Positions 24,801 through 34,627 are shown, numbered from the stretch's first letter. The stretch: DNA of 53,726 bases from a virus (IMGVR_UViG_3300025645_000097:1-53726); one strand, 5' to 3'. Notes: a model not told the origin generated them from the letters alone. Translations and numbers: made by a program.

Positions 24801-26700
24801 CCGCGATGAACCCGGAGTTTGCCGCCGTCAGCTTCCGCTCAAATAGGAGGTTCTGGAGCGCGCCGATCTTGGTGGTGGTGGAGTCCAATGCGTCGTCAAG
24901 CTGCCCGCCGAATGTGTCCTCAAGACCCTGTCCGAGCGCGACCAGCGCCTCCTCGGCCCCGACCTGGCCGTTCTCGACTGCCTTGTAGAAGTCTGCCAGT
25001 TCGTTCTCGCCGTAGCCCAAAGCCTTCGCCAGGAGGCCCACGGCACCAGGAAGGCGATCGCCCAACTGCTGCCGAAGTTCTTCCATCTGGAGCGTGCCCT
25101 TGCCCGCGATCTGGGTGAGCGCGTTGAACGTCCCGGAAATCTGGTCGTTGGACAGCTTGAGGACCCGGCCCGCTTCCGAGACCTGCCGGAAAATCGTGCG
25201 AAGCTGCTCCGTCTCCAGCCCGGCCTGCTGGCCTGAGATCAGGAAACGGGAAAAGTTGCCCGCCAGGACATCGAAGCTGATCCCGAGCCGGGACGCTTCG
25301 CTCTGGAGGCGTTCCAGTTCCGCGCTGACTTGGCCGTAGTCCTGGTCGAAGGCCGCGCCGAGGCGGTTCTGGGCGGCTTCGAGTTCCTGGAACGCTTCCA
25401 GGATGCCCGTGCCGAAATTGAAAACGCCGTAGAAGCCGACGAACGAGGCCGTCAGCGACAGCACCTCGCCGCGCATACGCTGCATAAGTGAGAGCGCGCG
25501 GCGGGAGTCTCCGTAGAAGGCGGCAAACACGCGCCGCCCGTTGGTCATCTGTCCGGTCAAACGCCGTACACCGTTCGCGCCCTGATCGGCGGCGGGGCCG
25601 AGGCGTCCGAGTTCGTTGGCGATTTTCCGAATCGGCGTAGCTGTCCGCTCTGCTGCGGTGAAGGCCGACCGGAAAGACTGCGCCAGCTTGTCCTGCTCAC
25701 CGGCAGAGACACGGGCCGCAGCGCGTCCGCGTTCGTAGCTGGCCGCCAGGGTTGCTTGGGCACGGGCTGCCGCGTCGGCGGCGCGTGCGCCGTTGGTCTG
25801 GGCCTGGGCGATCCGGGCCTCTGCCTCTACGAGACCGGCGATGCCTTTGGCGGCGTTCGCGTTGGCCTGGGCGGCTGCGCGTTGGCGAACAGCCCGGGCC
25901 ACGTCCTGCTCCGCCGCAGAGAGACGGGCGATGCCTTTGGCGGCGTTCTCGTTGCCCCGCGCGTACTCGGCGGCAGCTTGCCGGGTGGCTTCTTCACGCT
26001 CCGCGACTTTCTTGCGAACCTCGTCCTCGGCTTTGGAGAGCGCCGCGATACCGCGCTGCGCCGCCTGGTTCGCCACACCGATCCGTGCGCCTTGGTCCGT
26101 GACCCCCTGGGCGCGCCGGTTGGCCTGTGAGACCTCACCGAGCGCAAGGGTGGCCGCACGGGCCGCGTTGGTGATCCGCTGGAGTTCCTGGGCGGAGTCC
26201 GCAAGCTGGGACTCCTGCTTGGAGAGTTTTGGGGCGGTCTTGTCGATCTCGCGGTTGAGATCGCGGTACGCCTGCTGCGCGGCTTCGAGCCGGGCGTTGG
26301 ACTGGTCATCCCCGCTTTGGCGTGCCGCGATGGCCGCGTCTACGATCGCCCGGCGTGCGGACTCTGCCTGGGCCTGGAGGGCGTCGTAGGCGGACTTGCT
26401 TTCGAGGAGGGTGCGCTGCTGGCGCTGGAAGGCTTGCTCGGACTCGTTGACCGTTTTCTCGATCCGCTCGAACACCTGGGCGGCCTTCTCGGCCTCCTGC
26501 GCGGTATCCTTGCCGATGGCGCGGGCAAGTGCCGTAGCAGACCCGCCGCTCTTTTCGAGGGCAGCGTCCATCCGGCTCGCACCGGAGGCCACCGTATCCT
26601 GGATGTTGACGAGTTCGTCGAGTGCGCTGTTGACCGACTTGAACGCCCGGGAGGCGTTGTCTCGGGCGCGGATTAGAAGGTCAACATTTCGCTGCGCCAT
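21877..26700 (-). CDS. Tape measure protein with embedded lysozyme-like domain
   Basis: 1607-aa Ala-rich coiled protein; KGTLQMEELRQQLGDRLPG; IREFEGF...SIAYNYG...RRNKEAALF; RYHSGG. Confidence 0.92.
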   Translation of the reverse strand: MAQRNVDLLIRARDNASRAFKSVNSALDELVNIQDTVASGASRMDAALEKSGGSATALARAIGKDTAQEAEKAAQVFERIEKTVNESEQAFQRQQRTLLESKSAYDALQAQAESARRAIVDAAIAARQSGDDQSNARLEAAQQAYRDLNREIDKTAPKLSKQESQLADSAQELQRITNAARAATLALGEVSQANRRAQGVTDQGARIGVANQAAQRGIAALSKAEDEVRKKVAEREEATRQAAAEYARGNENAAKGIARLSAAEQDVARAVRQRAAAQANANAAKGIAGLVEAEARIAQAQTNGARAADAAARAQATLAASYERGRAAARVSAGEQDKLAQSFRSAFTAAERTATPIRKIANELGRLGPAADQGANGVRRLTGQMTNGRRVFAAFYGDSRRALSLMQRMRGEVLSLTASFVGFYGVFNFGTGILEAFQELEAAQNRLGAAFDQDYGQVSAELERLQSEASRLGISFDVLAGNFSRFLISGQQAGLETEQLRTIFRQVSEAGRVLKLSNDQISGTFNALTQIAGKGTLQMEELRQQLGDRLPGAVGLLAKALGYGENELADFYKAVENGQVGAEEALVALGQGLEDTFGGQLDDALDSTTTKIGALQNLLFERKLTAANSGFIAGLETAIDALNAFLESDDGVEYFERIGAAFGQLFELLPGVIDNIDLLIGLFQVFVGFKVGQVVSGIAGSMAGLGAQTVGNLRVQVALNRAVASFSPSAAAALRSTTALGAGLRGLRAITATLLVTFRAAFASIGGIVGIAAAVLTYFAFDAIGAVDEGMQNLDRTMEDAEDSIGQVAKAFRDAGGDAEGFRRRLDEISELDLQLDLKNVREGIQAQTEGNRDGISGVIKEVEALNRAISETVKDEKAFLYMRRLTAQFDRGEISARDLREGIEDLSARFSEVSEITGLDDFIDWIDQLAEAETAAEKLEAELAVINGTATEAQEALAGLKDATDDLEGGTDAARKQMKAFEGAMRELGELIPSVNEKLEEFDAIREIEANFKTAMEAADAFTDAAKRAAAIGQAVDLRNRAYDSLNDEAVSGFDGTDGAKVAASVIREFEGFLTVPKWDVNALRGGFGTDTFTNPDGTFQQVTADTRFTEADAVRDLTRRLRDEFMPLARQAAGGDRFDSFNAQQQAALTSIAYNYGEIPDRIVEAVRSGTADDIAQAIKGLGGDNSGTNRNRRNKEAALFRSTAGVENRIEEAVDAEEEAAEAAEKKAEKQKEFRLGLDEEISKQEFLNSLEGKRLIDAEVAKAIREAEVEAKKVGLELTEAERAAIEKTTRAKYAQAQADEDREASLEKARALEEKANLLQERRRFLIEQITELEGQGRLVEAAGLTEELDGVEEQLESAIEKALAFWEAMGGEGSEKAIQALQQTQEELKRTESTAVTTGRQINDMFADRITKAIDSFSQRVAAGEDAIQVFKDEFLKMAADILIELGRMIIRQAIFNALSSAFGGGASGQGGVGGLVAGGINSIFAHNGGVVGTSTLPSGRSVNPAIFANATRYHSGGVVGFAPDEFGAILKKNEEVLTESDPRHRFNGGGMGGGKDSGTTIVNTFDPADVLAAALSAPSGQKILVNTIRGNKTQIKAAIG

Positions 26701-26701
26701 T

Positions 26702-26926
26702 TTAGGTCTCCGTCAACTGTTTGAGGCGTTTGGACAGAGCCTTTTGCGCCTTTTCAGAAAGGACCGAAGCGATTGCGAGTTGCTGGAGAGCCGTCTGGTT
26801 AGCCATCTCTCTGTTCACTCGTTGCCGCACAATCCTCGTTTCGGTCCACAGCATCGGCAGAGGGTACTGCCGGGCCTCCGGGTGGCCGTGGGCCTGTAGG
26901 AGAGACGCCATCTCCCGCAGGCCCAT
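26702..26926 (-). CDS. Tail assembly chaperone T (likely the C-terminal part of a G-T frameshift product)
   Basis: Lies between G and the TMP; -1 frame is open up to the slippery site at 27004-27010. Confidence 0.7.
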   Translation of the reverse strand: MGLREMASLLQAHGHPEARQYPLPMLWTETRIVRQRVNREMANQTALQQLAIASVLSEKAQKALSKRLKQLTET

Positions 26927-26937
26927 GACCCATTCAT

Positions 26938-27396
26938 CTATCGAGGACGGTTTGCGGCCACTGTGGACAGGCTGGTCGCTAGTGTAGATACCGTCTCGAT
27001 TAGCTTTTCCACGCCGCCCTCCGCTTCGAGGGTGAGCGTGACGATCTTGGTCATCGCGTCGATCTGGGTTCCCATCGGCAGCAAGCGCGGCAGGTGGGTG
27101 TCCTCGGTCATGTCGGCGGCACGCGCGATGGTGTCCCCGATCAGTCCGGGCGCGACGGTGAGAGCGTTCAAGATGACGCCCTTCATGTCGGCCAGGCCGA
27201 GCGCGTTTTCGGTGTCCTTGTCCACCTTCGCCAGCGCAGCCTCCGAGAGGTACTGGTCGAACAGGGCGGCCATAGGCTCGTAGTATTTGCGCAGGAGGAT
27301 CGTGAAATCTTCGAGCGCAAGGCCCCGGACGGCGAAGGTTCCGCCGCCCGGGATTGCAACCTCTTGGGTTGCTGGTTGAAAGGACTTGAGGTCCAT
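26938..27396 (-). CDS. Tail assembly chaperone G
   Basis: Follows the tail tube gene; FAVRGLALED. Confidence 0.8.
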   Translation of the reverse strand: MDLKSFQPATQEVAIPGGGTFAVRGLALEDFTILLRKYYEPMAALFDQYLSEAALAKVDKDTENALGLADMKGVILNALTVAPGLIGDTIARAADMTEDTHLPRLLPMGTQIDAMTKIVTLTLEAEGGVEKLIETVSTLATSLSTVAANRPR

Positions 27397-27416
27397 CTAT
27401 CGCTCCTCCCCAGGGC

Positions 27417-28187
27417 TTAGGTTGTCTGCCCGCGCGCCGCGATGTAGAGGTTTTCGAGTGTCGTACCGGCCTGGAGGATTTCGACGTTGAGGCCGAAGTT
27501 CTGCCACTCCTCGCCTTTCAGCGCGAACTCGCCGTTGGGGCGGAGCGTCACTTTGGGCATGTAGAAGTTCCGGTTGGTGCCAACGCCGTTGTAGGAGATG
27601 AACCGCAGCGCACCAGACACGAGGGACGCACCAGAGGAGACGCGCTCCTGAGTCTGTGCCGCCACGTCGTAGGTGATCTCGACCGCAGCGTCGTCCGCGA
27701 TGCCTGCGCCAGGCATGATGTAGACGCGGCCAAGGGTCAGATCGACCGTGTAGTCCGTGTCAGCGACGTAGGTGGGCGTGCCAGCGGGGCCGGTGACGAC
27801 CACGTTGGTCACGTTCTCGACACCCTCGGGCTTCGCGGCAGTCGTGCCAAGCTGGTAGTAAAGGCCCTGCTTGACCGTCAGATCGTCCTGCTCGCCAACG
27901 GCTGCCGAGATGGTGGCATTTTCCGCAGCGCCGAAGAAGAACAGCGCCAGGTTGTCCTGGTTGATGTCCTCCAGCGTCAGCGCGCCGGTAAAGTCGATCT
28001 GGAGGGTCACTGATTCGTCCTTCACGCGAAGGCCGCGCTCGGAGGAAAAGTGTTCCAGTTCTTGCGTTTCACCGGATACGGAAAAGGCGGGCGTTGCCCC
28101 CAGATACCGTTCGCCGGTCTTGTTTTCGGTGCCAGCCGCGAAGCGATCGAAGTAAATTTCGCCGCGACCCAGAACGAGATTGCTCAT
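27417..28187 (-). CDS. Major tail tube protein
   Basis: LVLGRGEIYF, ERYLGATP, PKVTLRPNGEFALKGEEW. Confidence 0.85.
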   Translation of the reverse strand: MSNLVLGRGEIYFDRFAAGTENKTGERYLGATPAFSVSGETQELEHFSSERGLRVKDESVTLQIDFTGALTLEDINQDNLALFFFGAAENATISAAVGEQDDLTVKQGLYYQLGTTAAKPEGVENVTNVVVTGPAGTPTYVADTDYTVDLTLGRVYIMPGAGIADDAAVEITYDVAAQTQERVSSGASLVSGALRFISYNGVGTNRNFYMPKVTLRPNGEFALKGEEWQNFGLNVEILQAGTTLENLYIAARGQTT

Positions 28188-28238
28188 AGGAAAGTCTCCA
28201 CTTTAGGGTTAAGGTTCACCTTACAGGTGATTTTTGAT

Positions 28239-28751
28239 TCACGCAAACGGATCATCGCGGTCCTCCACGAATGTTAGCGTGACGGGGAGCCAGAAAAACG
28301 CATTGTCAGAGACAACCGCGTCTGGCGGGCGAACGACACCCTGGCCGACAGAGAGCGACATGATGCGCTCTCCGAAGCCCAAAATGTCGAAACCTCGGGA
28401 TTGAGGACGCCCCGGGGGCGTCTTTGACCGCTCGACTGCCAGACGCTTTTGAACGTCAGCGAGGAGCCGGTAAGCGGGGTCGGTCGGGTGCGTCCGGTCG
28501 TCTTGGACAAAACCCTGGATCAGAACGGTCAGGTTGACCTTGGAATCGGGTGAGCCTTCCGGGGATGCCATATCCTCCGGCATCTGGGGAGGTTCGTTGA
28601 TGGTGACGCACGGCAACCCGTCCTCCTCGGTGAGGACCAGGCGTCCGCGATAGACCACCCCGGCCAGGTCGAACTGGTAGCCGTTGGCGATCGTGATCTC
28701 CTCAAGCGCCGCAGTCAGCGCCTTGAGAACCGTGAGTCGGAAAGGGTCCAT
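28239..28751 (-). CDS. Tail terminator
   Basis: ITIANGY..DL...VYRGR; synteny. Confidence 0.75.
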   Translation of the reverse strand: MDPFRLTVLKALTAALEEITIANGYQFDLAGVVYRGRLVLTEEDGLPCVTINEPPQMPEDMASPEGSPDSKVNLTVLIQGFVQDDRTHPTDPAYRLLADVQKRLAVERSKTPPGRPQSRGFDILGFGERIMSLSVGQGVVRPPDAVVSDNAFFWLPVTLTFVEDRDDPFA

Positions 28752-29374
28752 TACAGCAGCGCCTCCGTCAGTCGCAAAAATTCGCCCTCAAGCCACTCCG
28801 CCGCGTCTGGCGCGACATCATCGGCCACTTGCCGGAACACCTGGTTCACCGAGGGGCCGTAGAGCAGGTAGAGGTTCTTGTCCTTCCGGGAGAAGGACGC
28901 CATTTTCTTCTTGTTCTGGATCGTCTCACCGGGCTTGAGCCGGATCGCCAGGCCGATGTTGTCGTTCCGCAGCTTCATAAGGAAAGACCGCCCGATCTGG
29001 GTGGTCGAGCCGGAGCCAACCTCCAACCGGGGGGCCTTGCGCCCGTGGGTCTTTGCGCCCTTGGCGAACCGGGCCAGCGAGGTCGGGTCGAACCGGCCTT
29101 CGATCGCTGCCTCTAGCCGAGCGGCACTGGCTTGCTGGCGAACGCGCAGACGGCCATCCGCCTTGCTGTCCAGGTATCGGGCCGGGAACGCGATCTGCTC
29201 GCGGATTTTCCGGCTCGCGTCGGTGCGGTAGCGGCGCGCGGTGGCGTTGATCGCCCGGCTCGCCAGCGTCTTGATCTTGTCAGCCGCGTCGGCCAGGTCC
29301 AGGCCGTCCAGGCCCTCCACGGCCACGACATAGCCGAGGCCCTGCGTGCTGAAACGCGGCTCCAGTCCCATCAC
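28751..29374 (-). CDS. Neck/minor tail protein (lambda Z-like)
   Basis: Basic; RAIN.TA, LYGPSVNQVF. Confidence 0.75.
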   Translation of the reverse strand: MMGLEPRFSTQGLGYVVAVEGLDGLDLADAADKIKTLASRAINATARRYRTDASRKIREQIAFPARYLDSKADGRLRVRQQASAARLEAAIEGRFDPTSLARFAKGAKTHGRKAPRLEVGSGSTTQIGRSFLMKLRNDNIGLAIRLKPGETIQNKKKMASFSRKDKNLYLLYGPSVNQVFRQVADDVAPDAAEWLEGEFLRLTEALL

Positions 29375-29748
29375 ACCGCCCCCGGCAGGGGCAGCGCAAG
29401 TTCGGTGATCCGGGCTTGCGTCATGCGGGTGACTTGGGTGGTGATGGTGATGCCGTCGCGGGGCATGACGACCTCGACCTCGTATGCCTCATCGGCAGCG
29501 AGGGAGAAGATCATTCCGCGCTTAGGCTGAATCTCGTCAGCGAGTACCACGATCTCAGGAACCGTCATTATCCGCTCCGCCGGGGCATAGTCGAATCCTG
29601 CCATGTCCCCGAAAGCCTGGGTACGGTCGTGAACTCGAACCGTGCAGTCCGTGTTGGACGGCACATCGAGATCGACGTACACGGCGGGAACCGAAAGGGC
29701 CGTATGCAGCGACAAGCGCGAACGGTTTCTGAGATCGCGGATAGACAT
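29371..29748 (-). CDS. Head-tail joining protein (FII-like)
   Basis: Synteny and size. Confidence 0.7.
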   Translation of the reverse strand: MSIRDLRNRSRLSLHTALSVPAVYVDLDVPSNTDCTVRVHDRTQAFGDMAGFDYAPAERIMTVPEIVVLADEIQPKRGMIFSLAADEAYEVEVVMPRDGITITTQVTRMTQARITELALPLPGAV

Positions 29749-30026
29749 TAGCCCAGCGGGTCGTCGTCTGCTGTGCCGTCTGCGCCTGTGACGGCAGCAG
29801 GTGTGACTACATCGTCAGCGGCAGGCGCGGCGGGAGTCTCCGCCTTCTTGGCGTCCTTCTTCGCGGGGGCCTTCTTGGACTTCTCCTCGGAGATGACCAG
29901 GACGGCTTTCTGGGCGATCAGGTAATCGGCTTCATCGCCGGTTGCCTCGAACTCAGTGCCCGGTTCGACCCGGACCTGCTTGCCCTTTTCCTTGCGATAT
30001 ATCGCGTTGACTGCTTTCAATTTCAT
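29748..30026 (-). CDS. Small protein after the capsid gene (FI-like position), ends DDDPLG
   Basis: VEPGTEFE...YLIAQKAV plus a low-complexity tail; AGGAG RBS. Confidence 0.7.
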   Translation of the reverse strand: MKLKAVNAIYRKEKGKQVRVEPGTEFEATGDEADYLIAQKAVLVISEEKSKKAPAKKDAKKAETPAAPAADDVVTPAAVTGADGTADDDPLG

Positions 30027-30057
30027 GTTCTGGCTCCTCTTTTAGCCGAAAGGTGAA

Positions 30058-30085
30058 GCTGCCCCGACAGTGAAGCCGGGGCAGC
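30058..30085 (-). terminator. Hairpin after the major capsid gene
   Basis: GCTGCCCCG / CGGGGCAGC stem; weak U-tract, followed by an operator. Confidence 0.55.
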
Positions 30086-30093
30086 AGGGTTGC

Positions 30094-31176
30094 TTAGAGC
30101 GACACCGGAACCGCTTTCACGGTCGCGTTGGTGTTGACCGGGATCATCAGCGGCGCGGACTGCGACATGATGAAACGTGCGGAGGGGTCGTTCTCGTCCC
30201 ACATCTTCGAGAAGATGTCGGCGGGCTGGATGTCAGCCGCCGCGTCCAGGATCGCGCCGAACGCCTTCACACCGTTGACAGCGCGGGATGCCAGAAGCAC
30301 CTCGTTCTTCTTGAGGATGTCAACGGTGCTGCCGTTGGACTTGAAGGTGTTGCCGATGCCGGAGACCAGCCACACGCGGACGGAGCCGAAGCCGCCAACC
30401 AGCGTGAACGGGTTCAGCGGGTCTTTCTCGATCAGGCCGAGGTTCAGGTTCACGGACTCGTTGCCGCGAAGGTCCTTATTCAGCTTCGCCTGGACATCTG
30501 CATCGGCCATAAAGGCAGCGTATGCCTTGGAACCCATGAGGATGTCCGTGGGAGCCGCGCCGAACTCGGCAGAAGCAGCCAGATCGTACCACGCCTGGAT
30601 GTCGTCCCACGCGGAGATACCGGCGTCACCCCACTGCGAACCGCCCGCCTTGGTGATCGTGTGACCGGCATCGCGGCCAAAGTCGATCGTCACGGCCTGA
30701 GCAGGCGTGCCTGCGTCAACCGCGTAGTTGATCGTGATCGAGCCGTCGATGACGGAGCGCGCGCCCATGTACTCCCAGAGGCGGGTGATCGCGTCACGGT
30801 GGAAACCCGTGATCTCGATGACCTTGCTGTTGTAGCGGGCCTCGGGGGTCATAAGCGCAAGACGCTTTGTCAGTTCGCCGGGTTGCAGCTTGAGGGCCTG
30901 ACCGGGACGAACCGCGTCCTTGGGTTTGGTGTAGGCGGGCTTGAAGGATTCAATCCGCTCACCGACGCCCTTGTAGATCGGGCGGCCCGGCATGTTCGGC
31001 AGCATGAACGGCGCGATCTCGCGGGTAGCGTCGATCTTGTCGAACATGATTTCTTCCTGCTCGGACATGTGCGAGTTGGGGTAGAACATGTCCAGCCACG
31101 CCGACGTGCGGACGGTCTGCCGCTCATCGAACATGACCTGGTACAGGTCCATCGGGGTGTAAATGTCGAGTGCCAT
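30094..31176 (-). CDS. Major capsid protein (lambda E family)
   Basis: IAPFM, FKPAYTKPK, IDFGR, FIMSQSAPLMIP. Confidence 0.92.
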   Translation of the reverse strand: MALDIYTPMDLYQVMFDERQTVRTSAWLDMFYPNSHMSEQEEIMFDKIDATREIAPFMLPNMPGRPIYKGVGERIESFKPAYTKPKDAVRPGQALKLQPGELTKRLALMTPEARYNSKVIEITGFHRDAITRLWEYMGARSVIDGSITINYAVDAGTPAQAVTIDFGRDAGHTITKAGGSQWGDAGISAWDDIQAWYDLAASAEFGAAPTDILMGSKAYAAFMADADVQAKLNKDLRGNESVNLNLGLIEKDPLNPFTLVGGFGSVRVWLVSGIGNTFKSNGSTVDILKKNEVLLASRAVNGVKAFGAILDAAADIQPADIFSKMWDENDPSARFIMSQSAPLMIPVNTNATVKAVPVSL

Positions 31177-31230
31177 CTAGTTATCCTCTCATGGCTATTC
31201 ACCCAGAAGGTGAAATTTGGGTGAAGCAGC

Positions 31231-31653
31231 TTAGACCGGAGTGAAGGTCTGAATCTTGCGGATGATGATCTGCGTGGGCGAAGGTGCGCCCTCGAAGGCT
31301 TTGGCTTTCAGCGCGTCCGTGCTGTAGGCCGCGTCCCAGACCAGGAGGTCGGGGTTGAAGCAGCCGCCGCGATAGATCGACGCGACAGCATCGCCGCCGG
31401 TCGTATCGGTCGCGTAGACCAGGATGCCGACCGCTGCGACAGTCGTGTTGTTCGCCGGTACGACTTTGCCGCTACCGTCGAAACCAACCACGGTCAGGGC
31501 CGCGAGGTCCTGGGTGGTCAGCACGGTTTCATCCGTGGAGAAAACCTGCGGGTAGTCGCCGGTCAGCAGTGCATCCACTGCGGGGTTGATGGTCTCTGAA
31601 TACTTGCCCGCAAGGCCCGCAGTCAGATCACCGTTCTGAGGTGTAATAGGCAT
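31231..31653 (-). CDS. Head decoration protein (lambda D family)
   Basis: AVGIL...YRGGCFNPDLLVW. Confidence 0.85.
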   Translation of the reverse strand: MPITPQNGDLTAGLAGKYSETINPAVDALLTGDYPQVFSTDETVLTTQDLAALTVVGFDGSGKVVPANNTTVAAVGILVYATDTTGGDAVASIYRGGCFNPDLLVWDAAYSTDALKAKAFEGAPSPTQIIIRKIQTFTPV

Positions 31654-31677
31654 GTTGGAGTCTCCTGTGCCCTGGGG

Positions 31678-32970
31678 TTACGCTTTGGCGGCTTTGAAGC
31701 CAGCCGAAGCAAAGATGCCCTCGACGACGTTGGTTTCGTCATCGTTGGCGTCATCGGTGGGTGCTGCGCCGAGTTCCGGGTTTCCGGTGGACATCATCGC
31801 AGCAGCAAAGGCGGTCGCGTCGGCGGGCGCTGCGGCAGCAGGCTTACCGGCGGGAGCGGCGGCTTTCGTCGGGGCAGGCATGGCGGCCAGAAGCGCCTTA
31901 GCGGCCTCTGCGGTCATGTCCGTATTCAGGGCAACGTGGCGTGCGGCCTCGGGGTGAACCTTGGCTTCCTCGCTGTCCAGGATCGCGGAAACGCGGGCGC
32001 GTTCTGCGTTGGCTCCCTCGGCTTTACCAGCCTCGGTTGCCTCTGCTGCGGCAGCAGCCACGGCAGTATCGAGAGCGGCCTGATCGACCGCCGAATTGTC
32101 GTTTGTAGACATTTCATCGTCCTCATCTTGTTGGGAGGGATCGGCGTAGGCCGACAGGGTGCCGAGAGACCCGACCGTATCGGCCAGACCACCATCGACG
32201 GCTTGCTGGGCCATGAATGTCGCAGCCTCGGTGTCACGCACCGCCTGCTCGTCCATGCCCCGATTCCGTGCCACGGTGGCAACGAAAATGTCGTGGATCG
32301 CGTCCACACGTTCTTGCATCCGCGCTTTCGCGGCGTCGGTCAGAGGGACATAGGGCTGTCCGTCCACCTTGTTCTTACCGGCGAATACCGGCGTGACCTT
32401 GACCCCTTGGGCCGCAAGCCGCCCGGTCATGTCCATGTGCGCTGTCATCACGCCGATCGAGCCAACGCCGCCCGTGCGCGCCACGGCGATCGTGTCCGCG
32501 CTGGAGGCGATGGCGTAGGCCGCCGAGTATGCGAACTCGTTTGCAACGGCCCGGATCGGCTTCACGCCGCGCGCTGCGTAAATGGCGTCCGCGCAGTCGA
32601 AGCAGCCCGGGACCGTGCCTCCGGGTGAGTTGATGTCCATGACGATCTCGTTCACGTCAGGGTCCGCCACGCCGCGCATAACAGTCTGGGTGATGTAGTC
32701 GTATCCGGTTGCCATCGAACCAAGCTGGAACGGCAGGTTCGCCATGAGCATCCCTTTGACCGCGATGGTCAGGACGCCCTCTTTGACCCGGTAGGGCCGC
32801 AGGCTGGAGTCGAGCAGGAAAAAGTCGTCATCTTCGTCGGTGTCGTCGAGCGCGCTGGAGATTTTCGCCCGGGCCTCGGGGGAAAGCATCTCTGCAAAAA
32901 TGTCCTCGACCCAGGCATGGCTTTCCGCCGCCACCAAGAGGTCAGTCTTGGGGATTACAAAATCAGTCAT
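31678..32970 (-). CDS. S49 prohead protease with C-terminal scaffold (probable internal start MSTND at 32112)
   Basis: DINSPGG, AYSAAYAIAS, GVGSIGV; AERARVSAIL scaffold. Confidence 0.92.
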   Translation of the reverse strand: MTDFVIPKTDLLVAAESHAWVEDIFAEMLSPEARAKISSALDDTDEDDDFFLLDSSLRPYRVKEGVLTIAVKGMLMANLPFQLGSMATGYDYITQTVMRGVADPDVNEIVMDINSPGGTVPGCFDCADAIYAARGVKPIRAVANEFAYSAAYAIASSADTIAVARTGGVGSIGVMTAHMDMTGRLAAQGVKVTPVFAGKNKVDGQPYVPLTDAAKARMQERVDAIHDIFVATVARNRGMDEQAVRDTEAATFMAQQAVDGGLADTVGSLGTLSAYADPSQQDEDDEMSTNDNSAVDQAALDTAVAAAAAEATEAGKAEGANAERARVSAILDSEEAKVHPEAARHVALNTDMTAEAAKALLAAMPAPTKAAAPAGKPAAAAPADATAFAAAMMSTGNPELGAAPTDDANDDETNVVEGIFASAGFKAAKA

Positions 32971-34627
32971 CGGATTCTCCGCTCTCAACTTGGGCTGCGC
33001 CTTCAACGGAGCCGGGTGCATCGGCCTCGCCGTCGTCCCCTGGTGTGAGGTTCAACTCCTCGTCCATCGCCATCTCGCGGGCACGCTGCCGCTTGACGGT
33101 GCGCCAGTCCTGGCCGAGACGCCCGATCTCGTACTCCTCGGTGGTGAGGTTGTACTTGAGACGCAGCACGGCGGCCTGGGTCTCTTTCAGTTCGTCGATC
33201 TGGCCTTTCGCGGCACCGAGCCACTCACAATGGGAGAGCGCGTCGAAACGCTGCGCGTCATAGAGCCAATTCGGGTCGCGGGCCTGCCGGGGCAGAGACG
33301 AGATCATGCCCTTGTTGACCGCTTCCTCCAGCCAGAGCCGGTAGATCGAGGAGGCAAAGCGGTCCGCGACGGTACGCTTGAGCGCGTTCATCCGCTTCCA
33401 GGTCTCGCTCATCGCGGCCCGGGCGCTGGAGTAGTTGGTTTTGCTGTAGTCGTGCGATAGCTGCTCGTAAGAGACGCCGAGGGACGCCGCGATGTAGCGC
33501 AGAAGCGATTGCTCGAACTCCTGGCCCAGCGGGCCGCCCTTCCCGGCGGGCATCATGTTCAACTTGGTGCCCGGGAACAGGTGCGGAATCTTCACGCCGT
33601 CAAGCTGGAGGTTCTTCGCGCCGCCGGAGTAGTCCGCGATCTGGCCGAGGTACTGTTCGACGTACTCACCGAGGGCCTGGCCGGGGGAGTCCGTGCCGCC
33701 CAGGGTGGCGAAAGCCTCAACCGATGGCAGATCGGATTCGATCGCCGCCGCGTATGTCGCGTTGACCACCGCGTTCTGGAGCGTCACGTCCCGGAACTGC
33801 TTGGTGATCCGCATTTCCTTGAGCGCCGAGACCATCGCCGCGATACCGCGCGTCTGGTCGGGTCGGAACTGCTCGAAGATGTGGATGATCTGGAGGCGGC
33901 CCCACGGCTTGCGTGCGTTGACCGCGCGCCAGCGGTGGTTGTTCATGTTCCGCCAGTCGCTCGGGTGCGCCACGCGGATGTGATACCGCTTGGCCGCGCC
34001 GTAGCGGTCCTTTTCGATCCCGGCCACGAGGTTCGGGTCGTTGAGGTACTGCGGAGGCGAGGAGAGCCTGTCCGTGTCGATCATCTGGATCGCCGTCTGG
34101 AACGAGCGGCCAAGGCCGCCGCGCATCCACTCGACCGAGGCCAGGACCTCGCCGCAAGCGACATGCGTGCCGACTGCCAGGCGAACCAGTTCCGTGAATG
34201 TGTTATTGCGGGAGGAGTCCACCCAATTGTCGGGGCTTTCCGCCCAGAGCGTGAACCGCTGCTCGACCTCCTCCTGGAACTCGTCGGCCCAGGTCTCGTC
34301 GAACTCGCCACCCAGGATGCGTGTCATGGGCTTCGCGTTGAGCGCGTACAGGCCGCCGACGATGTTGTCTTGGTGGATGACCTGGCCGCCGCGCACATAG
34401 CTATCGTTCCGCAGAACGTCTCGGGCGCGTGCGTCAAGCTGGCCCTTCGCGGGCACGATGTCGAGGTCCGCCGAGCGGAGCGTCGGGTGCCAGAGGGCCA
34501 GGGTCCGCTCGTTGCGGCTGGCCGCGTCGAAAGCGCCGCCGACTAGGGCAGACTCAGCGGGTGCGGCGGAAGGGAGATTTGCATCATCCAGATCGCCCAG
34601 GAGATAGTGGGATTCGCGATCCAGCAT
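32963..34627 (-). CDS. Portal protein (lambda family)
   Basis: RARDVLRND, QTRG, GVSYEQLSHDYSKTNYSSAR, IDELKE. Confidence 0.95.
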   Translation of the reverse strand: MLDRESHYLLGDLDDANLPSAAPAESALVGGAFDAASRNERTLALWHPTLRSADLDIVPAKGQLDARARDVLRNDSYVRGGQVIHQDNIVGGLYALNAKPMTRILGGEFDETWADEFQEEVEQRFTLWAESPDNWVDSSRNNTFTELVRLAVGTHVACGEVLASVEWMRGGLGRSFQTAIQMIDTDRLSSPPQYLNDPNLVAGIEKDRYGAAKRYHIRVAHPSDWRNMNNHRWRAVNARKPWGRLQIIHIFEQFRPDQTRGIAAMVSALKEMRITKQFRDVTLQNAVVNATYAAAIESDLPSVEAFATLGGTDSPGQALGEYVEQYLGQIADYSGGAKNLQLDGVKIPHLFPGTKLNMMPAGKGGPLGQEFEQSLLRYIAASLGVSYEQLSHDYSKTNYSSARAAMSETWKRMNALKRTVADRFASSIYRLWLEEAVNKGMISSLPRQARDPNWLYDAQRFDALSHCEWLGAAKGQIDELKETQAAVLRLKYNLTTEEYEIGRLGQDWRTVKRQRAREMAMDEELNLTPGDDGEADAPGSVEGAAQVESGESDD

